Positions 18,916 through 27,219 of a stretch of DNA of 28,828 nt are shown here, in pieces. Made by a program: the position numbers and the translations under genes. The notes under the pieces are model-generated. The model saw only the letters and a list, made by a program, of their open reading frames with translations, was not told the DNA's origin and made no database searches. Position 1 is the first letter of the stretch; each line of letters begins with the position of its first letter. Source of the stretch: Flavobacteriaceae bacterium (GTDB lineage Bacteria; Bacteroidota; Bacteroidia; Flavobacteriales; Flavobacteriaceae); assembly GCA_049667765.1 (NCBI GenBank), contig JBATIN010000055.1, positions 1 to 28,828 of the forward strand, given 5' to 3'.

Positions 18916-19641
18916 TTATTTTGTTCTTATTTCTCGTTCTCCGGTGTGGTCAACACCTTGTTCTCGCTCCAATTCGATCATTGCTTTGGGCCGAAAATTG
19001 GTAATAAAAGCCCTTCGGTTCTCACTTGTGGTATTGCCCCTACTATAGTGCAAAGTACCTCCTTGGTGAAATACGCAACCGCCAGGCTCAAGTTCAATAA
19101 ATACGGAATTATCTTCGGTGCCCTCACATTGTAAAGCTCCTTTTGATCCAGTTTGTGCATGTGGCAACAAAGGCAATAAATGCGATTTAGGGGTGTACCA
19201 CATACATCCATTTTCTTTATGGGCACGGTCAATGGCCACCCAGCAGCTCGCCGCTCTTTTATCGGGCATATTGATCCAATATGCTGCATCTTGATGCCAT
19301 GGGGTTTCGGTATTTGTATGAGGTGCCTTGTTGATTAACATATCGAAATCAAGTTCAATGTCCTCTCCCATCAACTCTTTTGCTATTTGTAGTGATTTTC
19401 GATGTATTGGTCTTTGCAGTAGCTCGGGTACAAGCTTGCTCGGCACCATGATCTGGGTGATTTTTTCCGTTTTTTCCGTGCTTCCCGATAAATCTGATCG
19501 ATATCGTGATGCATCAATTGAATTATTTAAAAACGAGTTGTACAGATCACTGTAGTATTGCACGTCTTTAGCATCTATTAATTTGGGGACTACGAGATAC
19601 CCTTCCTTCTGAAATTTTTTTTTCTGTTCTTCTAAAACCAT
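18916..19641 (-). CDS. PhyH-family Fe(II)/2-oxoglutarate dioxygenase
   Basis: Start moved to ATG 19641; EGYLVV, TPWHQD..YW, ENGCM...PKSH, TLHYS..N...NRR. Confidence 0.9.
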   Translation of the reverse strand: MVLEEQKKKFQKEGYLVVPKLIDAKDVQYYSDLYNSFLNNSIDASRYRSDLSGSTEKTEKITQIMVPSKLVPELLQRPIHRKSLQIAKELMGEDIELDFDMLINKAPHTNTETPWHQDAAYWINMPDKRAASCWVAIDRAHKENGCMWYTPKSHLLPLLPHAQTGSKGALQCEGTEDNSVFIELEPGGCVFHQGGTLHYSRGNTTSENRRAFITNFRPKAMIELEREQGVDHTGEREIRTK

Positions 19642-19736
19642 GGGTATTTTACTTATCTTTTGAAGATATAAGATATGGATTAATTTCAATAATAACCTTT
19701 ATCTTGTTCTAATTGTAACTAGTCTTATATAGATTT

Positions 19737-20843
19737 ATGTCGCAACCAGTATCGAATACTTCGCAGCGTTTATTTTCTTTGGATGTGTTTCGCGGACTCA
19801 CCATGTTTTTACTGATCGCCGAAGCGGCCGGATTTCATCATAACTTTGCCGTATTGACCGAAGGTACCGCCTTCTCCGGGTTGGCCCATCAGCTGCACCA
19901 TCACCCTTGGAACGGACTACGATTTTGGGATCTGATCCAGCCATTTTTTATGTTTATCGTAGGGGTCGCCATGCCATTTTCGTTAAAAAAACGCCTTGCC
20001 ACCGGAAATCGGACAGCTGCTACTAAACACATTTTAAAACGCTGTTTTTTATTGTTCAGTTTCGGTGTCTTACTTCATTGTGTTTATAGCCATGCCTTGG
20101 TTTGGGAACTATGGAACGTTCTTGTGCAATTGGCCTTTACTATTTTAATTGCTTATGCCATCATGAATTTGTCGCACAAGGCTCAAATAGGCATTTCGAT
20201 AGGGTTATTGGCCTTGACCGAAGTGCTCTATCGCATCTACAATCCCGAAGCACCTTATGCACAGGGTCATGATAGCTTTGGATCTTGGGTTGATCTATTG
20301 GTTATGGGTCAAGTAAACGATGGGTATTGGGTGTTCGTTAATTTTATACCGACCGCCGCACATACTATTTGGGGCGTTGTTTGTGGGCAGATATTGCTCT
20401 CTTCCAAGTCGGCGCAAGACAGGATAAAACCTCTTTTGATCTGGGGCACCATAATTCTTGTATTGGGGTTCGCCATGGACTTTTTGAACATTACCCCTAT
20501 TATTAAGCGAATCGCGACTTCTTCGTTTACCTTGGCTTCCGGCGGTTTTGCTATTTTAACCTTGGTACTCTTCTATTGGTTGATTGATGTGAGGGGATAC
20601 AAAAGAAAATGGCTAACTATTTTTTCAGTGGTCGGCACCAATTCTATTTTCATCTATCTATTTTCTGAAACTGTAGGCGTACAATGGTTTCGTGATTTTG
20701 GAAAGATTTGGACAGAAGGCATTTTGACCCCTCTGGGTATTGCCATGCCATGGATCATGGTAACCAATGCTATTTTCGTACTGTTTATTTTTTGGTACGT
20801 CACTTATTTTCTTGACAAACACAAGGTCTATTTTAAGGTTTAG
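19737..20843 (+). CDS. HGSNAT/NagX-like (DUF5009) membrane acyltransferase-family protein
   Basis: RLFSLDVFRGLTM, HHPWNG....DLIQPFFMFIVG.AM, PIIKRI.T.SF, G.NSI..Y; multiple TM helices. Confidence 0.85.
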   Translation: MSQPVSNTSQRLFSLDVFRGLTMFLLIAEAAGFHHNFAVLTEGTAFSGLAHQLHHHPWNGLRFWDLIQPFFMFIVGVAMPFSLKKRLATGNRTAATKHILKRCFLLFSFGVLLHCVYSHALVWELWNVLVQLAFTILIAYAIMNLSHKAQIGISIGLLALTEVLYRIYNPEAPYAQGHDSFGSWVDLLVMGQVNDGYWVFVNFIPTAAHTIWGVVCGQILLSSKSAQDRIKPLLIWGTIILVLGFAMDFLNITPIIKRIATSSFTLASGGFAILTLVLFYWLIDVRGYKRKWLTIFSVVGTNSIFIYLFSETVGVQWFRDFGKIWTEGILTPLGIAMPWIMVTNAIFVLFIFWYVTYFLDKHKVYFKV

Positions 20844-20866
20844 CTCTAATTTAGAGAACATTAGTA

Positions 20867-21012
20867 AACCGACCACCGGGTCGGTTTTATAGATATTGTA
20901 ATAGACGTTACAGGTATCCCCATACAGATTACCAACGTGAAATAATCGATAAAAAGCCTATTAGCATTAATGTTATCCGCTAAAAGCAAGAGAACAAACC
21001 AAGGGGTTTGTT
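20867..21012. repeat. Pair of 20-bp perfect palindromes between convergent genes (may also act as terminators)
   Basis: AACCGACC-ACCG-GGTCGGTT at 20867-20886 and AACAAACC-AAGG-GGTTTGTT at 20993-21012. Confidence 0.7.
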
Positions 21013-21053
21013 TTTATAAAACGTACCAAATGCTTTACCTTGATATTTGACCA

Positions 21054-21440
21054 TCACTTTTCATAGAATTCAATAGGTAGTCCGTCAGGGTCACTGAAAA
21101 ATGTAAATTTTTTGCCAGTGTATTCATCCATTCGAATAGGCTCAGGAAAAATATCCTTGTTTCGTAATGCTAAAACTGCTTTTTCAAGATCATCTACCTC
21201 AAAAGCCAAATGGCGCAAACCGACCGCTTCAGGTTGTGAAACCCGTTTTGGCGGATCGGGAAAAGAAAAGAGCTCAATAACATAATCCCCGTTCAAGGCA
21301 AGGTTTAATTTATATGAATCTCGTTGTTTTCTGTAGAATTCCTTGATGATTGTCAACCCCAATACTTCGGTATAAAAGGACTTTGACTTCTCATAGTCAG
21401 AGCAGATAATGGCGATATGATGAACACAGTTTAGCTTCAT
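21054..21440 (-). CDS. VOC/glyoxalase I-like protein, YaeR family
   Basis: Start moved to ATG 21440; HHIAIICSDY..SK.FY, ELFSFP.PP.R...PEA.GLRHLAF, DPDGLPIEFYE. Confidence 0.92.
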   Translation of the reverse strand: MKLNCVHHIAIICSDYEKSKSFYTEVLGLTIIKEFYRKQRDSYKLNLALNGDYVIELFSFPDPPKRVSQPEAVGLRHLAFEVDDLEKAVLALRNKDIFPEPIRMDEYTGKKFTFFSDPDGLPIEFYEK

Positions 21441-21453
21441 CCCTAAATATTGA

Positions 21454-22236
21454 TTAGCATAGATCTTCAGGATATTTACCCGCCGTAGTCCACCCACCAT
21501 CTACAGGAATCAGTTGTCCATTAATATGTAGTGCTTCATCAGATAGAAGAAAAAGACAAGTATTCGCAATATCTTCAGGTTTCCCCACACGTTTGTTGGG
21601 GTTCAGTTTGCTCCATACGCCTTCGTAATCTGGTTGTTCTAGTTTAGTACGCTCAGTCAAAGTGGCCCCTGGCGCAATGGTATTGACTGTAATACCGTGA
21701 CCCCCTAGGCCAAAGGCTAAGTTCTGGCCCATAAAATGCAAAGCTGCTTTGGTCATTCCGTATGCGGTCAGGTTGTGGTAGGCACGAATACCGACCTGTG
21801 ATGATAGAAGTACAATTCTACCACCTGAACCTTGTTTGATCATTTCCTTCGCGGCACGTTGTGCTAAGAAAAATGCTCCCTGAAGGTTCAAGCGCATTAC
21901 TTTTTCAAAGGATTCAGGGGTAAAATCAAGAAAATCGCCAAAAATGGTAATTCCGGCGTTGGGTACGATGATGTCAAGCCTTCCAAAATGGGCCAGGGTA
22001 AAATCGACCATTTTATTGATGATTGCCATATCCCCGGCATCCCCGGAAAAGGCAAGACAATTGCCCTTATTTATTTTATCGAGTGCAATAGCCGATTTTT
22101 CAGCTTTTGAAGCATCCACATCATTAAGCACTACTTTGGTGCCTTCGCGCACCAATACTTGTGCAATGGCCAGGCCAATACCTTCCCCGGCACCTGTTAT
22201 GATGGCTACTTTGTCTTTAATTCCTGAGTAGTGCAT
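21454..22236 (-). CDS. Short-chain dehydrogenase/reductase
   Basis: TGAGEGIG, NAG, YGMTK, N.IAPG.T.T, VDGG. Confidence 0.93.
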   Translation of the reverse strand: MHYSGIKDKVAIITGAGEGIGLAIAQVLVREGTKVVLNDVDASKAEKSAIALDKINKGNCLAFSGDAGDMAIINKMVDFTLAHFGRLDIIVPNAGITIFGDFLDFTPESFEKVMRLNLQGAFFLAQRAAKEMIKQGSGGRIVLLSSQVGIRAYHNLTAYGMTKAALHFMGQNLAFGLGGHGITVNTIAPGATLTERTKLEQPDYEGVWSKLNPNKRVGKPEDIANTCLFLLSDEALHINGQLIPVDGGWTTAGKYPEDLC

Positions 22237-23111
22237 TAGAAATAATTTATGGGGGTTCCTTTTACTTGGGTATTGTACACAAAGAGTCCGCCACTAAGTG
22301 GGTATTCTTGTAGTTGCTGCTCAGTCATGCCACTTCTTGCCGAGGTAATATACAAGGTTTTTAAATCGTTACCACCAAAACAACAAGAAGTGACGTGGGG
22401 CGCAGCAACCTCAATTTTTTCAAGAACTTCGCCGGTATTTGGATTCCATCTTCGAACACAATGCCCGCCCCAATGGGCAACCCACATCATATCTTCGGCA
22501 TCGATACTCATCCCGTCCGGACTCCCATATTCTTTTGGAATGGCAAAAGCGGTTTTTCCATTTGAAATAGTGCCCATTTTAAGGTCGTAATCAAAGGCTT
22601 GTACTTGAAACGTAGGACTATCGATATAATAGAATTTTTTTCTGTCGCCCGACCATGCCATACCGTTGGAAATCGTGGTTTGCTTAATTGCAATGGAGGT
22701 TTCGAGGTCTTTTGAAATGCAATAAAGATTTCCCGTATGTGATTCGAAGGCTTTATGCATGGTACCTATATAGAAATTGCCGTTAGGCCCTACTTTTCCG
22801 TCATTAAAACGCATTTTTGGGTCTGAATTTTCTAAAACAGGGTGTTTTATCAATTTTTCGGTATTTAAATCAAAGGTTGCCAAGCCTGATTCTAGTGCCA
22901 AAAGCAGTTTTCCGTTTTCCATGGGAACTGCAGCTCCAAGCATCGTGTCAAATTCCCAGTTTTGGTTTTTTCCTGTCAATGGATTGTGCCGGTGAAGCGT
23001 ATTTGCTTCGATATCGACCCAATACAATAGCTGTTTTTGCCAATCCCAGACTGGGCCTTCACCTAAAATGGCTTCGGCATCGAATAGTAATTTAGACTGA
23101 TGCGTTTTAAT
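22236..23111 (-). CDS. SMP-30/gluconolactonase family lactonase; start codon non-canonical or disrupted
   Basis: RFNDGK, ISNG..WS, PDGM.ID, TSCCFGG..L..LYITSA. The frame extends past the TTG at 23027 through LGEGPVWD to ATT at 23111. Confidence 0.85.
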   Translation of the reverse strand: MKTHQSKLLFDAEAILGEGPVWDWQKQLLYWVDIEANTLHRHNPLTGKNQNWEFDTMLGAAVPMENGKLLLALESGLATFDLNTEKLIKHPVLENSDPKMRFNDGKVGPNGNFYIGTMHKAFESHTGNLYCISKDLETSIAIKQTTISNGMAWSGDRKKFYYIDSPTFQVQAFDYDLKMGTISNGKTAFAIPKEYGSPDGMSIDAEDMMWVAHWGGHCVRRWNPNTGEVLEKIEVAAPHVTSCCFGGNDLKTLYITSARSGMTEQQLQEYPLSGGLFVYNTQVKGTPINYF

Positions 23112-23245
23112 GGCAGTTGTTTTTAATTCATGAGGAAGATAAGGAAATTTATAGAACGGTTGAAACAGGCATGAATGGCAGATTTTTTATGTACCTAAAA
23201 CCTTGCAAAGCAAAAGGTTAACCCAAAAAAAGGGACAATGCCCTA

Positions 23246-24874
23246 CTATCTTAAAATATCCCTGTATTTTCCATCATTCCCCAAGAGCTCGGTGGCCGCC
23301 AAAATCGCTTCATCATGACTTAAATAGTAATCATAAAGGCCCTCACGGTAGAAATAGCGCTTGATGATTTCGTCTTCCAAATTTTTTCGGATCTCCTTTT
23401 GGTAGGTATCCAGTGCGATTATTTTGCTCTTGTTGATGTCGGCCAGCAAGGCTTTAAAGTCGTTTTCGATGGCGTCGTTGAATATGACCTCTTCGCGATT
23501 GGTAAGTGCTTCTTTTAAGGTTTTTTCCGTCTTGGTCTCGAATGAAAAATCACTTTGGGCTACATGACTTTTGAAGTTTTGAAAATCGCTTTCGGCGAAG
23601 GTAAAGGTATTGGGGTCGGCTACTTTGTTTTTGTAGTAGTAATCCGTAGCAAAATCGAAGACCACATTATTGTACACCAGGGCATCGGTAAGGTCGTTTG
23701 ATCGCAAGGCCGCTATTTCGATATCGGGCAATACGCCGCCACCATCTTGAACCTTTCTGCCGTTTTTGGTCTTAAAATCGGTGTACGCGGTATTGCGAAC
23801 GGCATTGCCCTCTTCATCGCGGTTCCAATAGTCCAGCGATTGTATACATCGCCCAGAAGGAGTATAATATCGGCTTATGGTCACTTTTAATTGGGTACCA
23901 TAGGTCAGTTTCATGGGGCGCTGCACAAGGCCCTTTCCAAAACTGCGAGCACCCATGATGACCGCACGGTCCAAATCTTGTAGTCCGCCAGAGACAATTT
24001 CACTGGCCGAGGCGCTACTACCATTCACCAATACGACTAACGGAATTTCAGTATCCACCGCTTTGTTCTTGGTCTTGTACTCTTGGTTGAATTTTTTGAC
24101 CTTTGATTTGGTAGTTACGATAAGTTCGCCTTTTTCTATAAAAATATTGGTTACGTTTATAGCTTCGGAAAGCAGCCCACCTGGATTTCCCCTAAGGTCC
24201 AAAATAATTTTTTGGGCGCCCTGACCTTTTAGATCGATAAGGGCACTTTTGGTCTGTTCAGAAGCCTTGGCATTGAATTTTGCCAGAACGATATACCCAG
24301 TTTTGTCATCGACCATTTTATAAAAGGGCACTGCGTCTACTTCAACGCCTGCACGATTGATAGTTGTCGTTTTGGTTTCTCCTTGTCTTTTGTAGGTAAC
24401 AGTTACCGAGGTATTGTCGGCACCTTTTAAAAGTTCAGTGGCATTATCGTCATAATCGGAAACATTGATATCTCCAATTTTTATGATTTCGTCTCCGGCC
24501 TTGAGTCCGGCCTTATCGGCAGGGTAATCTTTATAGGGCTCTATGACCACCAATTTGTCATCATAAGAACGCACTAAGGCCCCGATACCCGAATATTCGC
24601 CTGCATTATTGATTTTAAAGGCCTCTACATCTTGTTCGTTCAAGAATTTGGTGTAGGGGTCTAGGTCATCCAACATATTTTTAATGGCGGTATCCATAAG
24701 TTCTGCCGGGTTGGTCTCATCAACATAGTTCATATTCAGCTCTTTGAACAGTGTAGTGAAGATTTCTATTTGTTTAGCAATTTCGAAGAAGTCGCTTTTA
24801 AAACCGCTTCCTACAATGAGTAGGGCAATTGCAATTAGTGGTATTACAATTTGTTTTTTAATGATCTTTTTCAT
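23246..24874 (-). CDS. ctpA: C-terminal processing protease, peptidase S41
   Basis: LDPYT, PDZ domain, LDLRGNPGGLL, SASASEI, FGKGLVQ, YYTPSGR.IQ, GGV.PD. Confidence 0.93.
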   Translation of the reverse strand: MKKIIKKQIVIPLIAIALLIVGSGFKSDFFEIAKQIEIFTTLFKELNMNYVDETNPAELMDTAIKNMLDDLDPYTKFLNEQDVEAFKINNAGEYSGIGALVRSYDDKLVVIEPYKDYPADKAGLKAGDEIIKIGDINVSDYDDNATELLKGADNTSVTVTYKRQGETKTTTINRAGVEVDAVPFYKMVDDKTGYIVLAKFNAKASEQTKSALIDLKGQGAQKIILDLRGNPGGLLSEAINVTNIFIEKGELIVTTKSKVKKFNQEYKTKNKAVDTEIPLVVLVNGSSASASEIVSGGLQDLDRAVIMGARSFGKGLVQRPMKLTYGTQLKVTISRYYTPSGRCIQSLDYWNRDEEGNAVRNTAYTDFKTKNGRKVQDGGGVLPDIEIAALRSNDLTDALVYNNVVFDFATDYYYKNKVADPNTFTFAESDFQNFKSHVAQSDFSFETKTEKTLKEALTNREEVIFNDAIENDFKALLADINKSKIIALDTYQKEIRKNLEDEIIKRYFYREGLYDYYLSHDEAILAATELLGNDGKYRDILR

Positions 24875-25244
24875 GGCCTATCGTTTCGATAAATTTCTGA
24901 AGCATTTTTTTCATGCCCTTTTCTACTTCCGAATAGGAGGGCATCTCTTTTCCAAGGTATAAAAATAGAAACGCAAACTCGCCCTCACTATTGTTAAAAA
25001 TCAGGTCTTTGTTTAATCTATAGGCTTCTCTAAGTAGCCTTTTAATACGATTTCGTTTTACAGCACTCTTGAATTTTTTTTTCGGTACCGCGACCCCGAC
25101 TTGAAATTTAACACCTTCAGGTAAATTAGTGCGCAAGTAAATTAACCTAAGAGGGTAGACGGACATGGTTTTTCCTTCCTCGAAGAGTAGATCGATCAGC
25201 TTTTGGCTTTTGAGTTTTTCTTTTTTCGGAAAAGAGAATGTCAT
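24858..25244 (-). CDS. rnpA: Ribonuclease P protein component
   Basis: Start moved to ATG 25244; F.K.EKLKS, VPKKKFKSAVKRNRIKRLLREAYR (RNR motif); overlaps ctpA by 17 nt. Confidence 0.95.
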   Translation of the reverse strand: MTFSFPKKEKLKSQKLIDLLFEEGKTMSVYPLRLIYLRTNLPEGVKFQVGVAVPKKKFKSAVKRNRIKRLLREAYRLNKDLIFNNSEGEFAFLFLYLGKEMPSYSEVEKGMKKMLQKFIETIGHEKDH

Positions 25245-25251
25245 AACCGGA

Positions 25252-25259
25252 CAAAAGTA
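25252..25259 (-). promoter_or_regulatory. -7 promoter element for rnpA-ctpA
   Basis: TACTTTTG on the - strand, ending 7 nt before the ATG. Confidence 0.5.
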
Positions 25260-25283
25260 GAATAAAAACCCCAGTTTAAGCTC

Positions 25284-25327
25284 ATGACCTTTGTCATAGT
25301 TATATGCCACCAACAATGGTATCTTAC
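25284..25327 (+). promoter_or_regulatory. Crp/Fnr-like palindrome plus -7-like element upstream of the ligase-CBS operon
   Basis: ATGAC-CTTT-GTCAT (25284-25297); TATCTTAC (25320-25327). Confidence 0.55.
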
Positions 25328-25365
25328 AATGAAACTACATTGGCTAACTCAACAAAAAGAGAAAT

Positions 25366-27216
25366 ATGGGAGAACTAAAGGTGAAAGGTTTTAAAGACAG
25401 CTCCGACAAGTTAAAATACATTGGTAGTATTCTAAGTGACATAGAAGCCTTGGATTTTATGTTAAATCAGGGCATGTTCGAGAAGAAACCTTTGCGTATC
25501 GGGGCGGAACAAGAATTCTGCTTGGTCGATAATGCATGGGAACCTTCGACCAAAGCGATGGAGGTGTTAAAGACCTTGAATGATCCTTATTTTACGACCG
25601 AACTGGCCTTATATAATTTAGAGGCCAATCTTGACCCATTGACCTTGACCGGTGATTGCTTTTCAAAAATGCATCGACAATTGGATGTTTTACTGGCGAA
25701 AGCTGGTCGTGAGGCCGCCAAGAATGATTTGAAAATAATCCTAACAGGAATACTACCTACAATAGATGCCCGACATTTGGAAAGGCCTTTTATGGCTCCT
25801 GTTGAAAGATATATAATACTAGATCAAATCATACGAGATGTTCGTGGTGAAGATTTGGAGCTTCACATTAGGGGTGTCGACGAGATTAATTTGCATCATG
25901 ATTCCATTCTTTTTGAAGGCTGCAATACCAGCTTTCAAGCCCATCTTCAGATTGATGTAGATGATTTTAGGGATTGCTATAATTGGTCACAAGCAATTGC
26001 AGGCCCAGTATTATCGGTGTGCGCTAATTCTCCGCTATTAATGGGCAAAGAACTTTGGCAAGAGACGAGAATCGCACTTTTTACACAGAGTGTCGATACC
26101 CGTGCCAGCACCTATTTGCTAAACGAACGTGAATCTCGGGTAGGATTCGGTAGTGATTGGGTCAAAGGGTCTGTAGCTGACTTTTTCAAGGATAGTCTAA
26201 TTAATTTTAGAAGCCTGCTTAGCGCTGATTTTGAAACAGATAGTATGTTGGAATTGAAAAAAGGAATTACGCCTAAATTAAAGGCGCTCAATTTACACAA
26301 TGGAACCGTCTACAAATGGAACCGACCCTGTTATGGAGTGACGGAAGGTAAGCCACATATACGAATTGAAAACAGATATATGCCTTCAGGGCCGACGACG
26401 ACCGATGAAATTGCAAATATGCTATTCTGGGTCGGACTGATGCAGGGTAGGCCGAAAAAATTCGATGCTATACATACAAAAATGGATTTTAAGGACATAA
26501 AGAGCAATTTCTACAATGCTGCACGATATGGCAATGCCGTGCAATTTTATTGGGATGGCGCATTGATTCCCTATAAAGAACTCTTATTGGATCACTTATT
26601 ACCGATGGCGTATAAAGGGTTATATCGAATGAACGTTCTTCCTGAGGATGTCGAACGATATTTGTCGATTATCGAGAATAGGATAAAATATAGAAATGGC
26701 GCAAGATGGATGGTCCGAAGTTTTCGAGAATTGAAAAAAGAACACGAAACTCCCGATGCACTTCGAATGCTAACGGCCGCCATGTATGACCGAGAGCAAA
26801 AAGGATATACGATCGATGCCTGGGAATTAGTGGGCAGTAACGAATTCACTTCTGAGTTAAAAGAGAAAACCGTAAGACAACGTATGCGGACCAAGACCAT
26901 TACGGCACAGGAAAATGATAGTGCCGAACTGGTACTAAAAATGATGCAATGGAAAAATATACATCATGTTCCCATTATGGACATTCATTTTAATCTTGTA
27001 GGATTACTTACTTGGACAGATGTGGAGCGGTATCTAGAACAACCCGAAATAATAGGCACTTGTATTAAAGATATCATGAAAACCGATCTAGTGACCGCAT
27101 CTGCCGATAGCTCCCTTAAAATGGCTCGAGAGTTAATGGAAGCTCGTAAAATAAATTGCCTGCCAGTAGTAAAAGGGAAAAAATTACTGGGATTAATTAC
27201 TTCTAACGATGTATAG
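25366..27216 (+). CDS. GCS2-like (glutamate-cysteine ligase family) carboxylate-amine ligase fused to a C-terminal CBS pair
   Basis: IGAEQEFCLVD, TTEL..YNLE, SFQAHLQ, ANSP, WNRP, HIRIENR; last ~115 aa are tandem CBS (IHHVPIMD....LVGLLT; INCLPVV....LLGLITSND). Confidence 0.85.
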   Translation: MGELKVKGFKDSSDKLKYIGSILSDIEALDFMLNQGMFEKKPLRIGAEQEFCLVDNAWEPSTKAMEVLKTLNDPYFTTELALYNLEANLDPLTLTGDCFSKMHRQLDVLLAKAGREAAKNDLKIILTGILPTIDARHLERPFMAPVERYIILDQIIRDVRGEDLELHIRGVDEINLHHDSILFEGCNTSFQAHLQIDVDDFRDCYNWSQAIAGPVLSVCANSPLLMGKELWQETRIALFTQSVDTRASTYLLNERESRVGFGSDWVKGSVADFFKDSLINFRSLLSADFETDSMLELKKGITPKLKALNLHNGTVYKWNRPCYGVTEGKPHIRIENRYMPSGPTTTDEIANMLFWVGLMQGRPKKFDAIHTKMDFKDIKSNFYNAARYGNAVQFYWDGALIPYKELLLDHLLPMAYKGLYRMNVLPEDVERYLSIIENRIKYRNGARWMVRSFRELKKEHETPDALRMLTAAMYDREQKGYTIDAWELVGSNEFTSELKEKTVRQRMRTKTITAQENDSAELVLKMMQWKNIHHVPIMDIHFNLVGLLTWTDVERYLEQPEIIGTCIKDIMKTDLVTASADSSLKMARELMEARKINCLPVVKGKKLLGLITSNDV

Positions 27217-27219
27217 TTG

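Noticed and set aside
8177..21012. Palindromes read as CRISPR repeats, attC sites or parS
   Set aside because: Only two copies per locus with ~105-bp gaps and no cas genes or integrase; no GTTRRRY/RYYYAAC arrangement; no match to TGTTTCACGTGAAACA.
24858..25244. rnpA without rpmH/yidC/dnaA and overlapping ctpA
   Set aside because: To my knowledge a usual arrangement in this lineage, so not treated as novel.
25366..27216. Calling this gene gshA
   Set aside because: The fold fits the family, but cysteine specificity cannot be read from sequence, and the CBS fusion and hydrolase partner argue against a routine assignment.
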